DNA of 64,000 nucleotides from Lama guanicoe (Eukaryota): positions 12,469,694 to 12,533,693 of the forward strand of contig MU054323.1 in assembly GCA_013239625.1 (NCBI GenBank). The letters run 5' to 3'. This document shows positions 1 to 64,000 of this stretch, one piece after another. Below the pieces are notes generated by a model. That model had not been told where the DNA came from, searched no databases, and saw only the letters and a program-made list of their open reading frames with translations. The position numbers were made by a program, and so were the translations under genes. Numbering within the stretch: position 1 is the stretch's first letter; every line of letters starts with the position of its first letter.

Positions 1-1190
1 AAATAGAAGTTTTTGAGCCAGAACCATGCATATTTTACTACATGAGTAGTATCTTTTAAAGGCCTCAAACATTAAAAGCATCAATTATAAAATATTGACA
101 ATGAAAGATGATAAAATATACATGATGACAAGAATTAGGAACATCCTAAATTAAAACATTTTCAATAAATCTCAAATTTCATTTAGAAAAGGATTAATAT
201 TGATACTTAGAGAACTGGTTAATCAATCATCTTAAAGATCCGTGTGCTTCAAGCTCAACTTTTAAAATGTAAACTCTAAAATTATAATTTTATCTATAAT
301 AATTGAATGTAGCTCACTTTTTATTTGGGAAGTTTTAGATAACAAAATCTCCAAATGTTAAACGATGGAAAAGTCAAATTAATATTGTCATAAACTTTGA
401 GTCAGAAAATTATATTACTGTATGAATATCCATCCATGTGTTTCCCGATCAAGTCTGAAGTTGAGCTTAGCGCTGGAGAACTGTTTTCTTTGACTAGTGT
501 GCCTGTTTTATTTTAAGTTTTTTTTTCTTTCATAGAAAGGCCATAAAAATAGCATATTATATAGTAGGAAGTGTAGGGGTTGGTTTGGTCTTTTTCAATA
601 AAGATAGAAGTTGCTGAGGTTTTCCAAACTAATATTAGACTTAGATTTTGACCTTGTAGATTTTGCACTGAGCTGTGTCACGTTATTTCGTAGAACGTAA
701 TGTTTAAACGTTAGTGTGCTCTTCATGTTAATATGGCAGAGTTTTGTAAACTAAATTAAAACGTATTGATGTACTGGACTTTGAGTCAAGGGAAAGAATC
801 AATACCATCTTTTCAAATATCTTAAGGGTAAAAGCTTATTCTAAGTCTGCCAGTTGAGGTTATTAGATTTGTGACTGCATATATGCTTTGTGCTTGGGAA
901 GAATTAGAGGAAAAGAAGGTACTAGAATTCTAATTTAAGTAAATATACAGCAGTCTTTGTTTATAGTGTAAAATTCATTATATTTTGTACAAAAACTAAT
1001 TCTTTTGGTAGAATGAACCATTTACAGTTTGTTTTTGGACTCTGAGTCGAAGGATTTTCCTTTAAATGGTTGTCTCAGTTCTACTCTGGTCTTTTGTACT
1101 TTTCTTCAGAAGAAATGAATTAAAAGGTTCAGCTACATTAAGTGAGTTTTTATCCTAATGGATTGGAAATAAATTATAAACTTTATTTTG
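1..1190 (+). other. SPAST: Probable distal 3' UTR of spastin
   Basis: AT-rich, repeat-free and non-coding. Ends with ATTAAA (1119-1124) and AATAAA (1168-1173) followed by a U/GU-rich tract. It resembles the human SPAST 3' end as recalled, and SPAST lies directly upstream of SLC30A6 in mammals. No SPAST coding sequence is in the window. Confidence 0.65.
1168..1173 (+). terminator. Polyadenylation signal AATAAA (probable SPAST)
   Basis: AATAAA followed by a T/GT-rich downstream element at ~1181-1250. Confidence 0.55.
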
Positions 1191-1354
1191 CCTTTGATTT
1201 TTTTTTTATCTGAAACTTTGTCTTTTTGTTTTATTTGTGGTTCCCTTTGTAAAAGCTTATAAGTTAGATTAGGTCTCATATGTTTATTTTTGCTTTTATT
1301 TCTATTACTTTGGGAAACTGACCTAAGAAAAAGCAACACCCCACTTTTGGTACC

Positions 1355-1705
1355 AGAATCTTATCCTGTGTGGGTTGCCATAACAAAAATAATTTAAGCT
1401 GTGGCTTAAACAACAGAAATTTATTTTCCCAGTTCTGGAGCATGGGAAATCCAAGATCAAGGTGCTGACAATGTGGTTTATGGTGAGAGCTCTCACTGTC
1501 TTGCAAATGGCTGTGTCCTCACATGGCAGAAACAGCAAGCTCTCTGATGTCTCTTCTTATAAGGACAGTAATCCCATCATGAGGATCCCACCACTTTGAC
1601 CTCATCTAACCCTTATTACCTCCCAAAGGCACATATCCGAATACCATCACATTGTGGGGTAGGGTTCCAATATACAAATTTTAAGGGGACACGTTCAGTC
1701 CATAA
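1355..1705 (-). mobile_element. MaLR solo LTR, MLT1A-like
   Basis: The reverse strand begins ttatggactgaacgtgtcccc...caatgtgatggtatt...gcctttgggagg, typical of the MLT1A 5' end. The opposite end carries the aacaacagaaatttatt motif. Confidence 0.75.
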
Positions 1706-1719
1706 TACTCACTTAAGGA

Positions 1720-2240
1720 ACCAGGGCTCCTTGGTGAAATGGCCAATTCCAGATTTCGGTCAAAGAAAATACCTGATGACCCAGAATATCTTGTGCCAGA
1801 AAAGAAAGTGCTTAAACAAGGAAGAGGATGAATTATTGACTGATTAGAGGAGGTCTCACTGGACAATTTTGAGCATCTAAATAAGTAATTATAGTAATGG
1901 ACTGTAACCCATCAAATAAGAAAGTATGAGCCAATATGAATATATACATGAATGCAAGAATAAATTCAAAATGTGATGAAGAATGAGATATTTACACGGT
2001 TTCAAAATACATCCCCACAAAGTATTACTTAGGGAGAAACAGTTACTTTACACTGGAGAAACTTGACAGATACCACCATACTCTAGTGAGGAAAGTTATC
2101 ATTAATGGGCCATATTTCACATAATAGGATCAATGAGAAAATGCAGTATTCTGTGCTATTCCTGTCGAAGATGCATAATGTGAATATTCCAGGAGCATTG
2201 TACAAAATAATTGGCATGTAATGCTCAAAGTGGCAAATTC
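1720..2240 (+). mobile_element. Old L1 (L1MC/L1MD-like) 3' fragment
   Basis: cagggctccttggtgaaatggccaattccag...gtgccagaaaagaaagtgct motif of old L1 3' ends. Confidence 0.5.
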
Positions 2241-2243
2241 AGT

Positions 2244-2700
2244 TTATACAATGGAATACTACTCAGCCATTAAAAAAGAATAAAATAATGCCATTTGCAG
2301 CAACATGTATAGACCTGGAAATCATTCTAAGTGAAGTAAGTCAGAGCAAGAAAAATGCCACATGATATCACTCATATGTGGAATCTTAAAAAAGAAAAAA
2401 GACTCTAATGAACTTATCTACAAAACAGAAACACTCAGACATAGTAAACAATCTTATGGTTACCAGTGGGAAAGGGAGTGAGAAGGGATAAACTGGGAGT
2501 TCGAAAGTTGCAGATAATAACTACTATATATAAAATAGAAAAACAAGTTTCTTGGGTATAGCATAGGGAACTAGATTCAGTATCTTGTAGTAACCTATAA
2601 TGAAAAAATATGAAAACAAATGTATGTATGTATATGACTGAAACATGCTGTACACCAGAAATGGACACATTGTAAACTGACTATTTCAATTTAAGTAAAA
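2244..2700 (+). mobile_element. L1 3' end (end of ORF2 plus 3' UTR, artiodactyl-type)
   Basis: tacaatggaatactactcagccattaaaaaagaa...gccatttgcagcaacatg...ctaagtgaagtaagtcag, then an L1 3' UTR ending in an A-rich tail. Confidence 0.8.
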
Positions 2701-2974
2701 AAGACTTCATAAAAAGAATCGATAATACAATATAAACGAAACACATGAAACAAGTTTCGTAATAGAGATAACTAGCAAAAGTAACCATAAAGAGAATAAG
2801 CAGATTAATGGCAAAAAAATTTTCAAAACAAAACTAAGTCTAGTAACTTCATACAAAGATCTAGGTCTAATTACAAAATAGTTCACCTCCAAACTGCTAG
2901 GTCTAATTATTCAGCACAAGAACCTATGTCTGTAGTTCTTTTCCTAGTTTGTTCAGTGGTTTTGCAGGTAAGGG

Positions 2975-4270
2975 TGTTGGATATGTCAAGTGATTTTCTT
3001 TATCTGTTGAGATGATTGTGCAGCTTTTGATCTTTATTAATATGGTGTATTGCATTGTTAATTTTCATATGTTGAAACTACTTTGCATTTTCTGTGAATT
3101 CCAATTCATTCATGGTGTATGATTCTTTTATATGTTGGTGGATTCATTTTGCTAATATTTTGTTGAGTTTTTTTGCATCTATATTCATATGGGATATTGG
3201 TCTGTAGTTCTATGATACATTTGTTTAGTTTTGGTATCAGGGTAATTCTGGCTTCATAGGATGAGTACAGAAGTGTTCCCTACTCTTCTATTTTTTGGGA
3301 AGATTTTGTGGATGATTGGTGCCAATTCTATCCTCAAATGTTTGGCAGACTTAACCAGTGAAGCCATCTCTGCCTGGGCCTTTGTAGAAAGTTTTGTTTG
3401 TTTGTTTAATTTAATTGATTGTTGTATGTCTAATCAGATTTTCTATTTCCTCCTGAGTCATTTTCAGTAGTTTGTGTTTTTATAGAAATTAGCCCACTTC
3501 ATTTAGGTTATCTAATTTGTTGGTATACAATTATTTATAATATTCCCTATGATCCTTATTTCTGTAAAATCAATAGTAATGTCCCTCTCTTTCTTTCCTG
3601 ATTTTAGTAATTTGAGTCTTTTTTTTTTCTTGGTCTAGGTAAAGCTTTGTCAGTTTTGTTGCAATGTCAAAGAATCAGTTTTTGGTTTTGTTGCTTTTCT
3701 CTATTTTATTTATTTCCTCTCCAAACTTTATTTCCTTCCTTTTGCTTGCTTCATGTTAAGTTTGCTGTTCTTTTTCTAGTTTCTTAAGATGGAAGGATAG
3801 GTTATTGATTTGAGATCTTCCTTCTTCTTTTAATATAGACATTTAGAGCTATAAATTTCCCTCTAAGAACTTCATTTGCTGTATCCAATAAGTTTGGGGA
3901 TGTTGTTTTCATTTTCATTCATCCCAATGTATTTTCTAAGTTCTCTTGTGATTTCTTCTTTGATCGATTGACTAAGAGTATGTTTTTTAATTTCCACAAG
4001 ACAGGAATATCCCAAATTTCCTTCTGTTATGGATTCTAACTTCATTCCAGTATATCTGGAGAAAATACTTTCTATGATTTTAATCCTTTCAAATTTATTG
4101 AAAATTATTTCATGGCCTAACAGATACTCTATCTTGGGAATGCTGCACATGCACCAGAGAAGAACATGTACTCTGCTGTTGTTGGATGGTGTATTCTAGA
4201 TATAGGTTAAGTCTAATATGTATATAGTGTTGCTCAAGTCTTCTATTTCATTGTTGAATTCTTTTTAGTT
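2975..4270 (-). mobile_element. Decayed L1 ORF2 fragment
   Basis: T-rich antisense L1 pattern. ORF 3872-4150(-) resembles the end of the L1 endonuclease domain. Confidence 0.75.
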
Positions 4271-4659
4271 GTTTCCTATGATTTTATACCAATCACCCAA
4301 CTCCCTGTATAAGATTTTTTTTCTTCTTAATATAGCTTGAGAGTCTTATTTTTGCTACACATCAATAATGAATTAGTTAAATATATTAAGGCACATGCCT
4401 AAGATTGAATTCACTAAGGCCATTAAAATGATAATTCTGGAAAAATTAAGACATGGGAAAAAAGGCACAATGTATCCTTAATGAAGTAGACACACTATAA
4501 ATAAGATGTACTGTTTGATTCCAGGTTTGTTAAAATCAAAAAGACTGGAAAGAAATCTTCAAAAATCAAGAATGATTTGCTAGGGGTTAATGAGGGAATA
4601 ATGTCCTAACTTGCCTTCTTGATTCTAATCTTGTCCAGGAGTAGTAAGTACAGAGTAGC

Positions 4660-4870
4660 AGCAAGGCTTTAAAACTAGGCTGTGTAATACAGAACTCCAG
4701 TTCTGCCCTTCACTAAGGTGTGTGACTTTGGTACACAATTTTCTAGGCAGGGTCTAACAACAGTACCTATGTCAAAGGGCTGTTATGAGGATTAAATGAG
4801 TTAATACATTTTAAGATTTTACTAATAGTGCCTACCACATGAGTGTTTAGTAAACGTTAAATTAATAATC
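4660..4870 (+). mobile_element. MIR SINE
   Basis: Core and 3' motif gttatgaggattaaatgagttaataca...tagtgcct. Confidence 0.6.
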
Positions 4871-5557
4871 TATTCCTCATAACACAGCCACCATGATCTT
4901 TTTAAAATGTAAAAGGTCGCTCCCTTATTAAAACCGTCCACTTGTCTTACTTAGAAAACAACAACAACAAAAACTAAGCTCTTTACTCCAATTAGAAATT
5001 CCTGCTTGATCTGGCACCTGCTTAACACCTAGATCTCTTCATTTCTTCCCCTCAAACACAAAGCTCCAGACATACTGCCTGCTTTCAGATCTGAAAACAC
5101 CCCTGCTTGTTTTACTTAGGTATTTACATTATTTATTCTGCCTAGAAAAAAACTTTACAAAAGGACTTTTGTCATTTGGAAGTCAAGTTTAAACCTTTAT
5201 AGCTTTTTCTGACTACCACTCTAAATTAGCGACCCAGTTAATCTCTATACCATTACCCTATTTTCTAAATTACACTACTTATCAATATATTTATAAAATT
5301 TCCTTCTCCCTACTTGTCCCTTCTTACTAGAATATAATTTTCATGAGATCAGTACCATACACGCACATGCGCGATATTCATTTTTTGCCCAATGAATTCT
5401 ATATCCATGTGTTTTATTTTCCGTTTTCTAAAATAAAATTAATCTCATAGAATGTAAGACGTATTTTAGGAATTAGAACATGGTACTCTGTAGTTGGTCT
5501 GAGTTCAAATTCAGTTACTACGGCAAAACAGATGTGTATCTCTGGGCCAGTTTCTTT

Positions 5558-5678
5558 TCTTGAGGGGTAGGTAATTAGGCTTGCTTACTTATTTATTCTT
5601 AGAGGTGGTACTGGGGATTGAACCCAGGAACTTGTGCATGCTAAGCATATGCTCTAACCTTGAGCTATATCCTCGCCC
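5558..5678 (-). mobile_element. tRNA-derived SINE (vic-1-like), inserted in a MIR
   Basis: The reverse strand reads gggcgaggatatagctcaagg...cttagcatgcacaagttcctgggttcaatccccagtacc plus an A-rich tail. Degenerate TSD gggccagtttcttt / gggcaattttcttt. Confidence 0.75.
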
Positions 5679-6081
5679 TATAGGGCAATTTTCTTTATCG
5701 TTTCCTCACTTGAAAAATGGGAAAGCTGTTTCATAAGGTATTGCAAAAACTAAGTACCAAAACATAGGTAAAAGCGCTTCAGGACTCAAAGAAATTTCCC
5801 TAACATTACAAACAACCCCTACTTGCTCCTTGACAAGGACCTCAAGGCCCAGCTACATTTCCAGACCGCGTAAAGCTCGAAAGAGTCCCTCTAGCCGCCG
5901 CCTTCGCCTCTATAGAACGCAGGGGCAGCCGGGAAGGGGGCGCGGGGCCCGGAGGTAAGTGCACGGACTTCCGCCCCCGCGTCGTTCGCAGCCAATCGGC
6001 CTCTGATGCCCCACCCCTTCCGCTCTAAAAAAAAACCAGCTCCCAGAGCATCTTCCGGCGGGAGCCGTGCAGCTCCTTACC

Positions 6082-39096
<33,015 letters not shown>

Positions 39097-39746
39097 TGTA
39101 CTGTAATTTAATTTATTTTTATGAAGAATATTGACTCTTTGCCTTCCAGTTTGTTTCATAATCCAATTTTACATCGACTGTTCAATCAGTTACTCTAAGT
39201 GTTAGAGAATAGTAGGCTTGTTCACATTTCATGAAACCAATGAAACTATATTTTTGTAAATGTATTTGGGGCAATGAGAACCTTCTAAATGTTATAGGCT
39301 TTAAATAGGCTTCCTTTAGAAGGAGTGTTTATCTAAATTTGAATTTTGCTATCTTTGGTTTTGTAGTTGACTGCAGTGTGATATAACATTACCTTTATAA
39401 GAGAGCCACTTGATGGATTGGATCTGTTACATTATCAAAAATATAATACTTTCTCCAGTGAAATTTATAAACATGCTTCTTGAATACACATTTTAGAAAA
39501 AAAAATACATTCTAAAAGTAAGTCTTTTTTACAGATTTTCCAAACTTAATTGCTACATTTTTTTGTCGTCCTCCGGAATTGTCTTGCAAAGTAAAAGCAA
39601 AATATTTTATGAGAAATTCAAGAACATATTCTAATATCAGGCATAATTTAAAAATTTTAGTTATCAGTTTTTTTTATAGATTTTACTAAAAAAAACTGAT
39701 ACATTTGTAAATGGCCCATCATTCTCCAAGTATTTTATTTTGGTTG

Positions 39747-39752
39747 AATAAA
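39747..39752 (+). terminator. Candidate proximal poly(A) signal of SLC30A6
   Basis: First AATAAA I found after the stop; others at 41067, 42131 and 42292. Which one is used cannot be read from sequence. Confidence 0.4.
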
Positions 39753-39854
39753 TGCTGAATCCTTAGGTGATATGCAGTGAAGGAATCCCAATTTTCTGCT
39801 TTACATGTAGTCAAACACTGACATAATGATGGATTTATTTTTTGATCACCTTTT

Positions 39855-39996
39855 TTTTTTTTTAAGTTTTTTGGGGGGGTAGATAATTAGGTTTATGTAT
39901 TTATTTACTTTTTTTAAAGGAGGTAATAAGGATTGAACCCAGGACCTTGTGCATACTAAGCACTTGTTCCACCACTTTGAGCTATAACCTCCCCAC
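39855..39996 (-). mobile_element. tRNA-derived SINE (vic-1-like)
   Basis: Reverse strand ggggaggttatagctcaaagtggtgg...cttagtatgcacaaggtcctgggttcaatcc plus poly(A). TSD TGATCACCTTTT (39843-39854) / TGGTCACCTTTT (39997-40008). Confidence 0.85.
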
Positions 39997-42787
39997 TGGT
40001 CACCTTTTCATTGGTTGACTTATCAATTTCTAATTTTATTAACAAAATATATCACATATATTACCAAAATATGTGGAATTCCATACATAATATGTGATTT
40101 AATCTTTTTTCAAAGTTGCATAAACAGTTTGTTTACATTATATAATTTTACCAAAACATAGTAGACCTTAGCTTATAGAATACAGCATTGTTAGATCTGC
40201 CATAGACACTTTCTAACTTACTTTGTTTTGTCTTGTTGAAAATAGTGAATTGTTAACTATAATGAAGTGTGAGAATCATGTAGATTACTATTTTATTATT
40301 TTCCAAATGCAAATGTTAAGGACTTTCTGATATGGCCAGTATTACTTATAAAAATTATAATAAGCAGCAGTTACAAATTACGTATGAGTTTTTTCATTTT
40401 ATCATGAATTTTATAATTAGGATTTTAAAAATGGATTTTGAAAGTGGATTCAGCTTTTATAGAATCCAGTACTCCTGGAGATTGGTAACATTGCCAGCCA
40501 TTAGCAGCTATCTAGAGAAGATTTTTTTTTTTTTTAAGAATTCTCAAGTTTCTTCAACTATCCTCCTTTAAATATGAGCAACACTCCCACATCCTGTTTC
40601 TTCACAGTGGAATAGTAAACATCTAGGAAGCCACCTCTGTCAAGCAGAATTGTAGTCATCCTGTGATAGTAAGTGACCATGTCCCAAATAACTTTTGCTT
40701 GATGGGGAGTTGATTATTGTCTTTGACATCTGCGACCCTATTCAGGCATTTGACCTACTGAAGAAATAGAGCCCACCCTACCTTGACTGCTGTGGAAAGT
40801 GAAACCTAAAATGTGATAAAGCAACCTTCTCCTTGTCCTTTGTCTTAGGTTCACCAACTGTTACTGTACCTATTATTGGTCTACTATTACAGGGTGGTTT
40901 TTCCTCCATTGACCTCATCTAAATGTGAAGTCGGTCATGCATGAAATCTGAAGAACTGCCATGTACCGAGTGGTGATTATAAGGTATGTGCTGCCACCCT
41001 ATGCATTCTTCTCCGTCCCCAGGGGATTTTTGAAGTGCCTAGGTACTGAACACAGTTCTGTGTGAGAATAAATGCCTACTTACTCAGCATCTATTCAGAG
41101 GCAACACCTGTGCAGTTGTCCCACCTAAGGTGCTTGGGTACCCACCTACACTATTCGGGCAGTTGTCTGTGGGTTCTGAAAGTGTTGGCTCTGCTTGCTG
41201 AACAGTAATGCCAGCTGCCACAGGTGACATTTTATCAGGCATTAGTATGTAGAGAAGCCATATTTCCCAAGCTATGGCCAAATTCTGTGTATGGAACACG
41301 ACAAACTTGGTCAGCATAGGGCAAGAGGCAGTAGCTTCTGCCATGGTTTGTGATTGAGTGGCTTGTGATTGAGCAGGCTCTGTGGAGTGTGGTCAGTCCT
41401 GTTTGAGAAATCACTGTATTGTAATGGAAGAAACACTGGACTGGAAGACAAGAGATTTCAGTTACAATCCTGATACTGCCCCTGTGTAAGTAGTTTTATA
41501 ACCATAGGAAAGTCATTTGACTTCTTGGAGCTTTCTCATCTATAAGGTTTAGGTCGGGAATGAAGTTTAATCTGTAAACTGTCAGCTCTAAAATTGTGTA
41601 ACTAAACCTGGAGAATATATGTCCACTTGCGAAAACAGAATATTGTGCCCAGAATTTTTCAGTGACTACCTCAACACATAGGACAAGTGTTACTCAAGCC
41701 ATTAATTTGAGGTGCCATGATAACAGAAGGTAAACTACAGGCTCACACCATTTTGGTTTTTGTTTATTTCAGAGTTGCCTCAGCTTAAATCTGTTTAGAT
41801 TAAACAGATTTTTCTTAGACTTCTTTGTGGGGAAGGATTATTTTTGGAGGTGTTGGAGAAAAGATTAGGAGAGCATACCCCTAATTTCCATAGGGTACAA
41901 ACGAATGTGATCCATTTTTTTCTTCCTTCCTTAATGTCTAAAGTGACAGAATTACATACACATATCAGCAACTGGAGAGGAGCTGAATTTCAAACCTCTG
42001 ATTAACTGCCCATAAACTGCCAATTTTTTTTTTTGCTTGACTAAAGAATGCTAATCTTTTAGGGGAGTCTAATCTGCTTCTTATGTAAGAAAATACCTTT
42101 TACATTCCAAATTGTTTGAATTAAACTTTGAATAAAGAACATACATGGAGTTTTCTCTCTGCTTTTAAATGGTTTTGGCCTATTTTCTTTATTCAGTAGC
42201 TATTTATTGGTAACTTAATTATCCCATTTTCCAGCAAATGCTTCTCTGGAGTCTGGTACATTCCAGGCACAGTGCTAAGTAATGTGCTTACAATAAATCC
42301 ATTTTGGAGACCTGCTGTTCTTGAGACCAAGGGGAACACAGGGATGAACAGGAGTCCTCTTCAAGCAGCTGATAATCCTAGTAGAAGTGGGACACCAGAA
42401 CTGTTACACATGTCATCAAATTAAACTCCCGCCCACTTCCGCCTCTTCTTTGGCCTCATTTTCCTGGCATCCTCCTCTCTTCCTTCTCTTTTTTTCCTGA
42501 ATGATGAAACTAAGAAAGTAGATTTCCATGAAAGAGGCCAGCTAAGGAAATGGTGGTGCCACACATCAATCTGATACCAGGAAAGAAGAAAAATACAAGG
42601 GGCCAGTTAGGCAGACACTGTTGAGAAGGATAATTTTCAGGTGTATAATGGATTGTCATATACTTGCAGACTCTTGGACTATATGAGCAAAGATTTTTAT
42701 TTTTATTTTTTTGAGCAAAGATTTTTAAATCACCAGGCTGAAATAATGGGGTCCCCAGAGCATTCATAGGCTTAGGGTGTCTTTTAT

Positions 42788-64000
<21,213 letters not shown>

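Overview
Mammalian genomic DNA, most likely a camelid, judged from several copies of a tRNA-Ala-like SINE resembling the camelid vic-1 family. It matches the SPAST-SLC30A6-NLRC4 block (human 2p22.3 synteny, recalled rather than searched). Contents: the probable end of the SPAST 3' UTR (~1-1190, +); a CpG-island promoter; the complete 14-exon SLC30A6/ZnT6 gene (+, ATG 6082, stop 39096, 462 aa, all GT-AG introns with consistent phases); and the convergent NLRC4 gene (-), from part of the CARD exon at the window edge to the stop at 42788, with every visible exon intact. SLC30A6 intron 2 holds a full-length, disabled H3F3A processed pseudogene with target-site duplications (TSDs). The rest is L1/L2/MIR/MaLR/hAT debris and microsatellites. 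I see no convincing new multi-gene system. The most unusual items are: a compound insertion in NLRC4 intron 3 (three copies of one target site enclosing an orphan polyadenylated fragment and a SINE, next to an inverted SINE); poly(A)-only insertion stumps, one adding AATAAA signals just after the NLRC4 stop; a candidate SLC30A6 microexon; and an unexplained ~0.9 kb block between the two genes. Repeat family names and human comparisons are from memory, and repeat boundaries are approximate.
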